A DNA stretch of 64,000 bases from Octopus sinensis (lineage: Eukaryota). The stretch is taken from contig NC_043000.1 in assembly GCF_006345805.1 (NCBI RefSeq), forward strand, positions 161,076,001 to 161,140,000, written 5' to 3'. Shown in pieces: positions 26,891 to 41,171 of the stretch (position 1 is the first letter of the stretch; each line of letters begins with the position of its first letter). Position numbers and translations under genes: made by a program. Under the pieces are notes generated by a model, which was given only the letters and a program-made list of their open reading frames with translations, was not told the DNA's origin and searched no databases.

Positions 26891-27954
26891 CTAGATTCAC
26901 AGATTATCCAGGGCGTTGATCAACATTATTTTCCTGTAGGTTATGAGATCAAAACCCATCAAGGGTTGACTTTACCTTTGTAGACTTTTGATAATATAAC
27001 ATATCAGTAATATGCTGGGTAAGAATCGTATATTGTCCCCCATGAAATGACAACTTATGTGATAAGGGTAGAAATATATATCGACTCCTGGTAATCGTTC
27101 ATCGTGCTCTTATTTTGGGTTGGATAAAATCTATTTACCACGTGAGGCATATTTATGATATTGATCTTGAAAGAATGAAGGGCAAATTATAAACTACAAC
27201 GTATTCGAACTCATGTCTAAATTCTTCATGACTGTCTTTGTTTTCTATTTGAACGTTGTATTGACCTCAGATGTGAAAGTTAAATTATCACAGGACATTT
27301 GAAACAGAATATAAAAATCCGTAACTAACTACCTCCAGGCAATTTGTTGCTGTTCTGAACATTCTATCAATCCATTATCTATGTCAAAAATAAATACTGA
27401 ATGTAAAAGAAGCCTTAAATATTGTTGAGGATATAATCGATTATATCGCTTCCAGTAGTTTATTGTATCGACCCCGAAGGATGAAAGAAAGTAGCGACCC
27501 TTTATGAGGTGTCAGACAAAATAAAATACTTTAGTCTATATATATTCTTCCCTTTCCAAGTAAAGTTCAAATTTCGCTGAGGTTAATTTCTATTTTCCTC
27601 GTTATGAGATCCATAAGATACTTACTATAATTACTGCAGTCGATTAATTAACATAATTACCAGTTCAATTACGGCAACTTTCCTCGAATGTATTGTGATC
27701 TGTACTAGTTAGATAACAGTAATTGCATTCATAAACAATAGCATCTGTTTCATTATCCAAAAGCGCCAGGAGAGTGGTGGATTGGTAGAATTGTTAGAAC
27801 AGCGGAAAAGTCTGTGCACTATTTATTCCGGTTCCTTACATTCTGCGTTCGATACTCCCGAAGTTACTATATAAAACATACACAGCGAAGTTACAACGCA
27901 GAGGCCAAGTTGTTGCGAAACGAATTTCTAATATTGACAGTCACATTTCAGCTA

Positions 27955-28300
27955 TCTTTTACTTGTTTCAATCGTTACACTGCGGCTATGCTAGTGCAGC
28001 ACCTTTGCAATATTTTCAGTCCGACGGAACAACTCCCCTTCTTTTTTTAAGCCAGGTACTTATTATATCGGTTCTTAATGCCGAATCGCTAGGTTGAGGG
28101 GACGCAAACACACCAACATCAGTTAACACAGACACATGTATAATATATATATATATATATATACATACGACAGCTTTCTTCAGTTTTCCTCTACCAAATT
28201 CATTCAAAAAGCTTACTCGGCCCAGGGCTATAGCAGAAGACACTTGGCTACGATGCCACGCTGAGGGACTCAACCCAGAATGATATGGTTGGGAAGCAAA
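27955..28300 (-). mobile_element. SINE-A, diverged, internally deleted copy
   Basis: Reverse-complement similarity to 16023-16425 in head, body and tail. Confidence 0.75.
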
Positions 28301-29800
28301 GTGGCAGAAATCACACTCTGTTGGACAAATTACTCTGCAGTATTTTAGGTTCAGTTTACAATGAGGTCAACTTTATCGATACCAACGAAAAAGATCCAAG
28401 GCAATGAAGAAGTCCACTCGTGTCAATGACATGCTAAAAATACCAGTCACATATCCTTTAGATCACACATTATTGTTTTGAATTTTAAGCAATAATGTAA
28501 TGTAGATATATTAGATATTACACGAGAAGCAAATAAAACGTGATGGTTACAGCAGAAATGATATCTTTGGATAAACGGCGATAAAAAATACATAACATAT
28601 AGCATGAAAAATGAAAACGTATGTTATCTGGTTAAAATGGCAGATATTTTAAGAGGAGGGAGTTAGTTGGTACCATCGGGCCAAATAAATCCTTACCCAC
28701 CCACAGAAGATGAAAGGCAAACTTGATTCTGTTGGTATTTGAACCGCGAACGTAAAGGGACGAGAGAAATATCCTTTTCTCGATGGTGATGGAACAAGTG
28801 CTCAAACAATGTTAACAATGTCTAGTAGCAATAAACTTAAAACTTTAATGATCGCTTTTGCGTGTAATCTATGGAAAATGTTCATTGCAAATGCGTTAGT
28901 TTCCTATCACAGATAAGTATATTTATATGACAATGTTTCAAGCCAAAAATCATTTCGTCGAAAACCAATTTAACCAAAACAGGAGCTTATTCATAGTTAC
29001 TGGATATTCTTAAGTTAATCTCTACCTATCCTTCAAGAAAGTCAATCTCTCTTAAAACGATCATAACCACATAATTAAACCTTGTAACTGAATGACAACA
29101 TAACAATAAGAAATGTGAAAACGATTTGAAAGAAACATTCCAGTGCCCAGTTTGTTGAATTAGTGTCTCTAATTATGGAAGCATAAATCTCGACAGAAGT
29201 ATAAAGTTGAGCCTCGATGTGTTCACTAAACATGATAGAAGAGGCAGCCATTTATACTTTATTCTATAAGCAATATTTCGTTAAAAAGGACACCTTAGCT
29301 AAAGTGATTCTACATACGATATTGGACAGAGTCAGAAGTTCACAAAATAATTGTATTTTAATGTAGCAGCATCACCAATAACAATTCCGTGGCAAAGAAA
29401 GGGGCTCTATCTTGTGACTTGGTCCTCTAAAAATAAACATAAAATCTTCCTCTAAGAACATTTTTTTTTTAAAGGAAGGAATTACTGGGTAATATATATG
29501 AGGTATATTATGTCTGAAAGATGTGAACATGTCAGATGATACTATTTTTAGACAGGCCTGACTGAAGGTGGGCAACAGCCTTAACCATTTATTGATTTTT
29601 AAAAATCCCTCCACGAAAACACCACTTTACTGACGAGAAGTATCTGCTGCAAAATCTCCATTCACTCGTCCATGCACGCGTCCTTCCACACAATGCTGGC
29701 TTTTGAAAAGACGGAGTATTTGCGGCTGACGTAATAAACAGCACGTGCTGTTTGAGAGTAAATAACAATGTTTGTTAAAAAATTCTCACTCTTTAATCCA

Positions 29801-29866
29801 TGTGTCATGGTGTAATGGTTAGCACTCTGGTCTTTGAATCCAGCGATCCTAGTTCAAGTGAGACAT
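29801..29866 (+). pseudogene. tRNA-Gln(TTG) pseudogene
   Basis: TGTGTCATGGTGTAATGGTTAGCACTCTGGTCTTTGAATCCAGCGATCCTAGTTCAAGTGAGACAT: canonical tRNA-Gln D and anticodon arms (anticodon TTG at 29834-29836), 6/7 acceptor pairs, 6-nt deletion removing the 3' strand of the T stem, T:T mismatch in the anticodon stem, TTTT at 29873. Confidence 0.85.
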
Positions 29867-29878
29867 TATCACTTTTAT

Positions 29879-30215
29879 AAGCGCAGAAGTGGCTGTGCAG
29901 AAAGAAGCTTCTTAACCACATGATACTGGATTCACACCCTGAGTGGATTTGGGAGACGGAAACTGGAAGACGCCTGTCGTTTATATATATATATATATAA
30001 GTGTGTGTATGTTTGTGTTTGTTTCACTATCACTTGACAAGAAGTGTTTGTATGTTTACGTTCCCGTAAATTAGCGGTTCGGCAAAAGAGACCGAGAGAA
30101 TAAGTACCGATCATAAAAAGAATTAAATACTTGGGTCGATTTATTCGGGTAAAATTTTTTCAATGTGGTGTCCCAGCATGGCCCCAATCTAATAACTGAA
30201 ATAAGTAAAGGACAA
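29879..30215 (+). mobile_element. SINE-A, diverged copy
   Basis: GCGCAGAAGTGGCTGTG head; CGTAAATTAGCGGTTCGGCAAAAGAGACCGA body; GGTGTCCCAGCATGGCC...ACTGAAATAAGTAAAG tail. Confidence 0.8.
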
Positions 30216-32549
30216 AGGATGAAATATACTGTGAAGATAAACCTGAAGGGATATATGACACGTATTCCTGAAGATATGAATGGGACAAAAAACAACTTAT
30301 TTGCATATATATTTGTGTCTCAGAAGCTGAAAAGATGAAATGTCTATAACATTTACAGGTTGTCCCAGATTAATGAGATTAATGTAGTTGGTTTTCAGAT
30401 TGAACTCCAACTGCAGGTGTAAACACTATTAGGAGGAAACGCTACAGAATGAGCTTCTGTGTAACCATCGTTTTATAATAGGTATTTTTTATGAGCCTAA
30501 TTTACATACCCTAACACTAACCTACATAGATTTCTAAAATACATTTATTATATTCCTCATCAGTACGATATATTTGAAAAGGGTCATGAGCGCTTAGTGA
30601 CCATAGTGGCAGGGTTTCGATTCCCAGTCCTTAAGTGACACTGAGTCCTTGGAGTAGGATCTTCATATTTGACGCTGTCCTGTCAATTCAACTACTAAAA
30701 GTAGCATCAGCACTGTGAGAGCATCTGATTTTGATGAAATTAAATTAACGTGACGACGTTAACAAGCTATTGATGCAACCAAATAAATTGAGAAATAGAG
30801 AGATACGTTTAGCAATGGATTGCTACATCATATATTTGTCCTTTTCCTATGCATATAATCTTTTCAACTTGTTCTTTCCGACGATTTTTGTAAATTCAGG
30901 TTAAACACACTCATTTTAAGTTTCTTTTTTTTTTCCTCCTTAACACGTACTATATTACAAATATAAATGTTCAAATTATGTTTCATATCTTAATTTAAAA
31001 CTTATGCTATTCTAAAATCCTTCATGAGCTTTAGCAAGAATAATGTTCTCTTTTTCAATTTCCAAACTTGCTATTAAATACCTTGTTAACTCAAACTAAT
31101 CAATTATTGCTTTATCAATTACTCACATACTTTAATTAAATTAATTGAAGTTATTATGTCCAAATAATTTTCCTTTCCCCTTATAAGGTCTTCTGATACA
31201 ATAAACTCACGACTTTAATGTATTTATTGATTTATAGCACTATCCCATATCTGACACACACTTAGTTTCATTACTTTCTATCTGATCTTCATGGATTTCT
31301 TTTCACTTAAACTTTGAGCTCATTGACGACTTTGCCTTTCATCCTTTAGGGGTCGATGAAATGATAATAATTGAGCACTGAGGTCGATGTAATCGACTAG
31401 CCCCTGGCCCCCAAAATTCAGGTGTCTTAAATATAGTAGAAATGATTAATATGTATAATAAAAATCCATAAACTTTTGTACTCTGAGTATTTCTATGATA
31501 TGTACTGCTTATTTCCTTTCCAATAATTATTTAAAATTTCCTAGAAAAAAGTTCCGCAAGAAAGTTTTTCATTTGTGAGACACTGAAGCAAAGTTTCTTC
31601 TATCTGAAAAAGAAACAAGTTCAGAAAACCTTTATTATCAACATTCTTATACTTTAAGAATCAACATTCTTATACCTCAACAAATTTATTATATAACTAA
31701 CATTAACTAAACTCATAAACGCATACATGTACACAAACTTCTTTTTATTTTATAAAACTTTTTCGTAATACTTTATTCTTAACATCCATACATCACTTAG
31801 TTTCTTATCATTACTTCTAATATTTAGGTAACATTAACTTGTCGATTCACTAATTGTTTTGAAACAATTTTCTTAAACATTTTGAACCCTAATCGTACAT
31901 CATTCTTACCCCTTTAAATTTTGATGCAGTAGTTACCAATTCGTCTTCCATTCTTCAATCATACCAACAAATGTCGAAAGTAAAGTACTTTGACCAGATT
32001 AGCATTGGTAATAACTAGTTTCTATTTCAATATATACTAATAACGTACATAACGAATATTTGCATGGCTCACAAAATGCAGATTACGGAATAAAGAAAAA
32101 AAAGGAAACAAAAGAATTTTGTAGAGTCTTATCTCGATAGCTGTTTGAAAACTACCATATGTGTGTGTCCTGGGAAAAGTTCCGTTGGAATTGTTAGTTA
32201 GGCGCCCCTTCTCAAGAACAAGGAAGAAAGTGCGTATTTCATATCAGTTTCTATGAATATAAAGAGAACAGAGTGAAGTGGATGAGGTGGGAGGAAGCAG
32301 AGGTTGGGGTATTTGATGGAAGACACGAGAGGAAGATACTACTTAAGAAAGATTAAATATAAAAAACATAAAATTATTAGCTGATCAAAATATCCGGGGA
32401 GGGGAAACGTTGTGGTTTACAGACGAGATGAAGCAGTAAAGCGTCGAGAGACAAAGTAACAAGTGAAATTAAGCGCTGTGGTAAGGGAGTGGTAGGTAAG
32501 AGTTGAAGTTACGATGAGTAAAAGAGACGTTTAGCTCAGAAGATAATAA

Positions 32550-33590
32550 AATCCTGATTTTTACATAATGAACAAATTTTCTGAACAGTTTTTGTCAACA
32601 AGCAAAGATTACGTCTCAGAATCGATTAAGGAAACTAGTGAGCGACACTCGGTATTATAAATTAGAGAAACATTCTAACAGGTAGAATTTTGGGAACTCG
32701 GCCAGTAAATTGGGCCCCTCTAAATATTCCACCGAGGCTCATACAATCAATCAACGTACAAGTTGAAACAAGGGTGTAAGTGACACTAGTATTAAGGTAA
32801 GAGGGATTTGTATATTTGGGGAAGTAAGGCTTATGATTATACCAAGTAGATCGGCCAAGTCCACATCAGCTGTTGGGGGTAGTATTTATTCCGGCAGTGA
32901 AGCTGCGCGCACTAGTACAATTTACAAGTCGAAGCTCGACAGTAGTATCTACAGTAGATGTATTTTGGGATAATATATCAGTGGTAGGATGCAGCAGAAA
33001 AAGGTGTGGGTTTAATGCGTCTCTAGTGTGACAAAGTTTCGTATTCGCTTCACTGTAGTTAATGGTGCTAAGTATGCTAATTCAAAGGACGTCTGAGGTA
33101 TCAGATGATTGCTAAGCTAAATGATGAGGTTGTTAGGAATTACAATACATTAACACGCTTAAGGTGGAAACCCCAATCGGGGATTCTCAAAGCTTACAGC
33201 TAGGTTACCCAGTTTAGCCTATTAGAGATGGCTATGACAGATCCCAGATTAGGGTTGGTAGAATATGAAATTTTAATGGTGGAATACGAAATTTTAAAAT
33301 AGAGTAGTACTTATGCTGGGATGATATATCAGAGTTCAGTATTTTGAAGACAATTCAGGGGTTATGGATTTAGCTTCAAGAGAAAACGTGGTGCAAACCC
33401 CAAGATCTCACGACTTTTGCTTCATAGGTTTCAGGAGTAGGCGTGATTGAAATTTATTTCATTCCCAAAGTCTGAGGAATAAATTATCGGTAGCAGGAGA
33501 TGACTGCTAGAGGGATCAAGAAAGACGAAAGGTAGGAGTAAGTAGATTTTGTGGGGATGCTCAGTATCGCTACAAGAAAGTCATAAATAC
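32550..33590 (-). mobile_element. Highly degenerate Penelope-like element (3' part of RT plus GIY-YIG remnant)
   Basis: Minus-strand remnants STIKISYSTNPNL (cf. NTIKISYSCMPN), TWYNHKPYF...TNPSYL, RRNLCLLTK (cf. KRCNLCLLEK); many stops. Confidence 0.5.
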
Positions 33591-33816
33591 AAGTTTAATA
33601 TTCAATTTAGTGTCGGGGATATAGGACACCTCAAGGAAACCGCTATTGCGGAGGGCCTGATCACAAGGTCATGATTATCGAAGATATCTTCATTGACGGA
33701 TGGTTTAGATATCGTAATGAAAATTCCTTTAACGATGGTATTTAAAACCATATATATACACACACACACGCACACACACATATACACACACACACACACA
33801 CGCACACACACACACA

Positions 33817-33863
<47 letters not shown>

Positions 33864-33864
33864 A

Positions 33865-33952
33865 ATAGGCGCAGTAGTGCCTGTGTCATAAGTAGCTTCC
33901 TTACCAACTACATGGTTCCTGGTTCAGGCCCACTGCGTGGTACCTTGGGCAA
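33865..33952 (+). mobile_element. SINE-A 5' (tRNA head) fragment
   Basis: AGGCGCAGTAGTGCCTGTGTCATAAGTAGC...GGTTCAGGCCCACTGCGTGGTACCTTGGGCAA. Confidence 0.75.
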
Positions 33953-34260
33953 TTCACCATTTTTCTCTGACGAGTGGATGATTAGCAATTTTAGAGTTCA
34001 TTTCGAAAAGTAATATATTCATGAAACGATCGTAAGCTATTTCAAACTTTTTAAGCAATCATACTTTATATATTTATATATTTATCTATTAATACAATAT
34101 TATTTTGGACGTATATCTTCTGTGATAATTTTTTGATGTAGTCTTTCCTGCTCTTACTTTATGATATATAATCACTCTTATTAAATGTCTAAATACCTGT
34201 AAGGTTTTAGACATTTTCCTACCAAGACCACTTATTCGAAATACAGTATACTATATAGTC

Positions 34261-34311
<51 letters not shown>

Positions 34312-34344
34312 GTATGTATGTATGTATGTATGTATATATGCTTT

Positions 34345-34547
34345 TATGTCTGTGTCCCCCGCAACATCGTTGGAAAACTGATGCTGGTGTCTTACGTCCC
34401 CGTAACTTAGCGGTTCAGCAATAGTGACCGATAGAATAGGTACTAGGCTTACAAAGAATAAGTCCTGGCGTCGATTTGCTCGATAAAAGGCGGTGCACCA
34501 GCATGGCTGTAATCAAATGACTGAAACAAGTAAAGGAATAAAAGAAT
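34345..34547 (+). mobile_element. SINE-A 3' half
   Basis: CGTCCCCGTAACTTAGCGGTTC...GGCGGTGCACCAGCATGGCTGTAATCAAATGACTGAAACAAGTAAAGG. Confidence 0.85.
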
Positions 34548-34874
34548 ATATATATGTGTGTGGGTGTATGTGTGCGTGTGTGTGTAATGATATATATACA
34601 TATATATATGATGTCACATGAATATGTTTATTGAGAATAAGAAAGGGCGAGAAAGGACGATGAAGAGCAGAAACATCCTAAAATGCATAAAATGTATCCA
34701 TTTGGTTAATTAGCAAAGATCCACTCACTATCATATTTCTGCAGCTATTATACTACACAACAATAGCTACGAATCCTTTCATCTATGTTGTGCATTTATA
34801 CTATATCTCCTCCCACTAAGTAGCCTGCCTTTCCTGCACACATTGCGTTTAATTTTGTTACACAGAGGGAGAGC

Positions 34875-34912
<38 letters not shown>

Positions 34913-37804
34913 AATTATACACTCACATACGCACACATACACACGCATATGACGATTGTTAGGGCGTTGTTAAATTGAAAAAATAACTAAATCTAACGTA
35001 CGAAATATAAATACTTAAATGTAACTGATAATGAACAGAGAAATATTCAATCCAAGCGGATTAAATTTCAAAGAGGTAAATAAAAATCGTTATGGTAGGT
35101 GAAATTGTTCACTCAAAGAAGAGTGTCTAAGAAATAATTTGTTGAAAACCCGTATGAATCAATGAGAATTTTGTTTTATTAATATGCATGTCAAAAATTT
35201 AAAAGAAAACAAAACAAACAAACGGACAATGCAATACGCTGTTGCGAGAATGTAAAACATTGATTCATTTAGGAAATATGTGATACTCTAAGTGACAAAA
35301 TCTTTACTTAACGTTGTTCGGCTCGAAAGTTTTCTGCCAAAAGCTAATTTCAATTGATTGGTGAAATCAAATGAGATGTTGATAAAAACATATCTGACAA
35401 TAACAAGCTGAATACACGATCATGGGTTTCATCGACTACTAATAACAACACACTTAATGTTATTGATGAAGTCATCAGCTTTGATATGGCAGAGCAATAG
35501 GAATCATGTGACGAGTGACATTGGAGCAAATACCAAGATCTTAACCCCCACAAAAATCCGTAGAATTCAAGAGTCGGTAACAAGAAAAGGACATACTAAT
35601 GCAAGTTTCTTTCATTGCTTTTGAAAATAATGCGCGTCAATGAAGAAGATATTGGGCCAAGACAAGAAAAATCTCTGAGCATTTGGTCTGTTTTGAGCCA
35701 TCCCTCGAACAAATGTTAAAAGCGCAAGAGCAAGATCTCTTTTTAGAAATAAATCCATCAGTCACTAAAATAGTCTGACACTGGCTTTAGATTTGTTGAA
35801 CGAGATATTTAGTAGTTCGACGAACAAAATTTATGCGCTCCTGGCATAATGGTTGAAGTGATTTCATCAATGAAACAGCGTGTACAAAAACCACGCGAGC
35901 ATGTTACCACTTCTTTCAGTCCCAGCGAAACATTTTATTGTTGGTGTAGAGAGATGCTTGTCTTAATCAGTCGATGTACATTATCAGACCATGTGGCTTA
36001 GTTTCTACATTAGGTGTGACTAACTGTCCGGGTAATCTAAATGTAGTTTCATATACCTACTCTACAGGAACCCACCCGAAGTCAGCCATCACTGTGGTAC
36101 GCATACCAAGTAGAACAACGGTAACCAGTTCACGCCAACAGTTAGGATTGAGTTTTACACTGAGTGCAGTCTTCAGTTGTCGATGAAATCTTCCGACTGC
36201 TCATTAACCTGATGAAGATGGGCTGTACTGTGTAATGCAGATATCTAAGTACTTAGGTCATTGCATAGAAAATGCCGATATAAATTGAAAACTAAGACTG
36301 TGTGTAATATTAGAAGGAACACCAAAGAGAGATCTTATCTTGTAATAAGTCTAGTTAAACAGCCTCCATTGAAGCATCTGTGGAAGTTATAGCCTTCCTC
36401 AATCGTGTATAGCGGTTAACACTCAGCAAGCAATTGCTGTTTTTAGAAGAATGAAAGGGCATATTCAAGTCAATGTATATGTGATGTAACTTAATTTCTA
36501 GCGTCTAAACTTAGCAAGAGGTGATTACACATCTCATGTAACTTTAGCACGTCGATATTTCAGGCAGTTTTGCATACTACATATTGATTCATATCAGACC
36601 TTATTTAACTAGAGTTACTTAATTTCTTAGTGACTTTCTATGTGTTATATGAGATAGATTGTGCAGAATATCGAAGAGGCGAAATGAAAAGTAATCCAGC
36701 TAAAGTGTCACATCTCATATATTTGTTAACATTTAGGGTTAACATAAAGGCCCAAGAAGAATTATAATATTGTAGCAACTGGAATTCTTCAGTTTGTGGC
36801 GATACGTTGAAGATTGCCTTGAAGGAGTGTATAAAACTTATATTTCCATATTTGAAAAACTGTCGGCCATAGAATTTCCCTTGTCAGAAATAAGACGGTT
36901 GACTAACGTAAAGTGGGAAAAAATATTGTCTTAGCTATCTGGGATAGTGCTGTTCCAGTTTGGATTGCATAGCATGAACGAAATGTTCATGGTCTTTATG
37001 GTATAATATAAAACTGTGACCAAAAACGTAGATGAAGTTGGAGAATTTAATAAAAGAAATATAAACAGTTGAACGTGGAGATAAGTAACAAATAGTAGAA
37101 AGATGAAATGTCTAAGTGAGTGTTGGAGAAAAATTGTTTTGAAAATCTGTTTGGATCACAATAGAAATGTTTTTCTATTTTTATTTTTATTAATAAGCAG
37201 AGAATGTTTTGCGCCAAAATTAATTTACCTTGTGATTGCTGAACCACAACTAATGAGATGTCAAACAGCACAAAGTCAGGGACTATGTGGATACACGATC
37301 GTGGTTTTGAACTAACCTTAATAACGAAACTCTTTGTTGAATCGACGATGTCATCACGTTTAATTTGGCAGGGCGTAATGGCGTAGCTTGTGGCTAGCAG
37401 CATTATAGAAAGCATACAAAAATACACACCTACATGAATGTGTACAAGCATAAACTGGCAAATACTTACAAATATCTAAATTCAAATACTTATGTTACGC
37501 ATAAATACGAATAGAAGACAGATAGACATATGTAGATGTATGCCTGAATATATATATGTATGAATATAGCTATATGTTTATCAGTGTACATTTTTGGGTT
37601 TCTTTATGTCTCACACAATTTGACTCGACAGTGGTTTCTTTAAGCTCCCGTAACTTAGAAGTTCAAACAGAAAAGATATTTGGTGGAATAAGAATCGAAC
37701 TTAAAATAAATACTTTTGATCAACAAAAGAAACATTTCAATTACTGAGATTTGTATAAGAATAAAATAATAATAATAATAATAAAATTCTTGTCTTGAAG
37801 GATA

Positions 37805-38125
37805 TATATACATATAGCGTAAAGACCCACTTCTGTCATAAATGGCAATGGGATTGCACCTAAAAAGTTCCCCTCCGAAGCACAAATCAGAGCAAGGTTG
37901 TCCATGGGAAACTAGTAGTCACCCATACATATCATTCTCCCAACCGATGTTATCTAAGGGGAGGTGCAAAGACCAATACAGCTTGACAACAATGATGTAT
38001 CTACTCATTTCTACAGCTGAGTGAACTAGAACAACGTGAAATAAAGTGTTTTGCTTAAGAGCACAACACACAGCCCAGTCCAGGAATCGAACACGACACA
38101 TCATGATTGTGAGTCCGACTCATGC
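37805..38125 (-). mobile_element. tRNA-derived SINE sharing the SINE-B central domain but with a different 3' tail
   Basis: B box GTTCGATTCC, then TGTTGTGCTCTTAAGCAAAACACTTTATTTCACGTTGTTCTAGTTCACTCAGCTG, then a distinct tail ending GCAATCCCATTGCCATTTATGACAGAAGTGGGTCTTTAC. Confidence 0.7.
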
Positions 38126-38139
38126 GCTTTCACTGGTCT

Positions 38140-38335
38140 TGACAGTCCACTTAGCTGGCAAAATACGTATATTTCAAAGGATCAACTTTGTCACATTCTG
38201 CGTCACACTGAATCTCCCTAAAAACTACGTTAAGTGAACACGTATGTTTGTGGAATGCTCAGCAATTTAACGATCAGGCTGTTCCATTGACGGATCAACT
38301 GGGACCCGAGTCGTCGTAACCGATGGAGTGTGTCG
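38140..38335 (+). mobile_element. SINE-B 3' fragment
   Basis: Homologous to about 46935-47140 (TATTTCAAAGG..CTACGTTAAG..GTCGTCGTAACCGA). Confidence 0.75.
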
Positions 38336-38377
38336 TAACGCAACCATACACACACACACACACACACACGCACACAC

Positions 38378-38459
<82 letters not shown>

Positions 38460-38480
38460 GTGTGTTTGTGACTTCTTTGA

Positions 38481-39140
38481 GTGGTGAGACCTTTTAGCGT
38501 CTATTTCTCAGCATTTAGGCTAGAAGAATTTTCTAAGCCCATATATATATCAGTCTGTGACACACTGATAGTACACATGAAACAACCGAAAATAGTAATA
38601 TGTGTCACATATCGGCCACCAGACACCCCTAGTCATGAAGGAGTGTTTGAAGATAGCCTCAGAAGAATAGAAGAAGTCCTGGACAAACTGGACCAGGGTA
38701 ACACCATTCTACTGCTGGGAGATTTTAACCTTCCGAAAGTCAAATGGCCAGATGGCCATCTCCTCCCTGGAATGATATCACTTGAACAGAGACAGACAGA
38801 GTCCTTGTTGGCTCTCACACGCAAGTTTTTCATGGAACAAGTAGTGCTTCGGCCAACAAGAGGTGAGAATGTCTTGGACCTCTGTTTCACAAGCAACCCG
38901 ATGCTCATCCACAACATAATGGTAACACCAACAATTCTCTCAGATCACAACTTAGTAGAGGTAATGATATATGGTGTGAGAGAGTTAGTTGAGACGCAGC
39001 CATTAGAAAATACCACAGGCCTATTCAGTCTAAACTTCCATAATGCAAACTGGAAGAAGATCAACGAAGAGATCCGAAAACATGACTGGAGTACTTCATC
39101 ACCACACAAGACACCAACACACATTTCCAACATTTCATGA
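38481..39140 (+). pseudogene. LINE ORF2 APE domain (C-terminal part)
   Basis: TYRPPD, LLGDFNLP, PTRGENVLDLCFT, LSDHNLV. Confidence 0.9.
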
Positions 39141-41171
39141 CAACAATACAGAACATATGCCATAAGTTTGTCCCGGAGAAAAAAGCCAGCGGGCATAGGA
39201 ACGTTATTCCCAGAGACAGGAAAATACTTATGAGGCGAAGAGCTAAGCTCTCGAAGCAACTGAATGCACGGCAGAGAAACAATGATGGACTCCACCTGAA
39301 ACTTTTTGAAACGGAAACTGCACTCAAACTTTCCTATGAGAAGGAGAGGGCAGAGAGAGAAGCCAGGGCCATAGAGAATATTAAAACAAACCCTAAAGCT
39401 TTCTTTAAATTTGCGAAAGAAACCACCTCGGTACACTGCAAGATTGGCCCACTCTTTGATAAAAAGGGCTCTCTAACTGAGGACCCCCAAGGGATAAGTG
39501 AAATACTAAAGGAACAGTATAAAAGTGTGTTCACATCCCCTCTGGGTCACATGCAAATTACAAACCCAGAAGTTTTCTTTGATGCCACAACACTCCAAAA
39601 CCAAACAACAACCATCGACCACATAGACATAACAGAGAGGGATGTAATATCTGCCATAGAAGAAATGAGAATAAACTCAGCTGCTGGACCAGATGGATTC
39701 CCAGCAGTCCTCCTAAAGACATGCAGGCATGCCCTAGCGGGACCACTGAAGAAGCTCTTCAGTGGTTCCTTGGCTAACGGTAAACTGCCCAGGGCGCTAA
39801 AAGAAGGCACCATATGCCCTATCCACAAAGGAGGGAGTAGAGCAGAAGCCAAAAACTACAGGCCAGTCTCCCTGACGTCACACATAAGTAAGGTCATGGA
39901 ACGAATCATCAGAAAAAAACTGATCACGTTCCTCGAAGAAACTAACCGTCTCACTGACACACAGCATGGCTTTCGCCCAGGAAGAAGCTGCCTTACGCAG
40001 CTGTTACAACACTACGACTGGGTACTGAAACAACTACTGGATCGCTCACAGGTGGATGTGGTATATCTCGACTTTGCGAAGGCCTTTGACAAAGTCGACC
40101 ACGGAGTGATATGTCACAAATTACTCAGACTCGGCATAACAGGAAAAGTAGGTGAGTGGATACATGACTTCCTGAAGGACAGAAGCCAGATGGTTGCAGC
40201 CAATGGAGCCCTCTCGGGAAAGACACCAATAGCAAGCGGGGTGCCACAGGGCACAGTCTTGGGACCCTTGCTGTTTTTGGTGGCGCTCTCTGACATGCCC
40301 TTGGTTGCACAAACAACATCCCTCACTAGCTATGCTGATGACACAAAGGTAGCACAGGCAATCAAAAACCCAGCTGATGCTGACCTTTTACAACAAGATC
40401 TGGATGCCATATACAAATGGGCTGAAGACAACAACATGCAATTTAATGCTGGTAAATTTCAAGCCTTACAATATCAAGCTGTAAACACATACATTACAAC
40501 ACAACTATACTGGTCCAGGAGGGATCGAAATCCCAGTATCGAAATCAATACGGGACCTGGGGATAGACATGAGTGACGATGCATCTTTTTCTTCACACAT
40601 CGCGAAGGTGGCGACAATGTGCAGACGACTCACTGGCTGGATCCTGAGGACATTCCGGACAAGAGACTGCGAGACCATGTTGACACTATGGAGGACATTT
40701 GTCCTAAGCCGCCTGGACTACTGCTCCCAACTGTAGTCACCGCATAGTGTCAAACTAACCACAGAGCTTGAGACAATCCAAAGACATTTCACCAAGAGGA
40801 TTTCCACCATGAAAGAAAAGAACTATTGGGAGAGGCTTAGGGAACTCAATTTGTACTCCTTGGAACGAAGACGAGAGAGATATGCAGTGATATACATATG
40901 GAAAATCCTGGAGGGACTAGCACCAAATTTTGGAATTGAGAGCTGTTCCAATCCCCGTACAGGACGTCACTGTGTGGTGCCAAAGGTCCCGTCTTCCACA
41001 TCCAGGGTAAGGAGCAGATACTGTAATAGCCTGGGGTTCAGGGGCCCTCAGCTGTTCAACAAACTGCCAAGAAAACTAAGAGATCTACATGATGCGGATG
41101 TGGACATTTTCAAAAAACATCTAGACAAGCTGCTTTCCGGGATCCCAGATGAACCCACTGCAAGGTACTAA
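39137..41171 (+). pseudogene. LINE ORF2 reverse transcriptase and thumb (frameshifted near 40500)
   Basis: AAGPDGFP, NYRPVSLTSHISKVMERI, QHGFRPGRSCLTQLL, YLDFAKAFDKVDH, SGVPQGTVLGPLLF, YADDTK, YSLERRRERY. Confidence 0.93.

Noticed and set aside
30400-30481. Apparent AG/GT-bounded exon
   Set aside because: Stop codons in all three frames
36205-36260. CTGATGAAGAT as a hammerhead core
   Set aside because: No properly placed stem II closure or GAAA-stem III downstream
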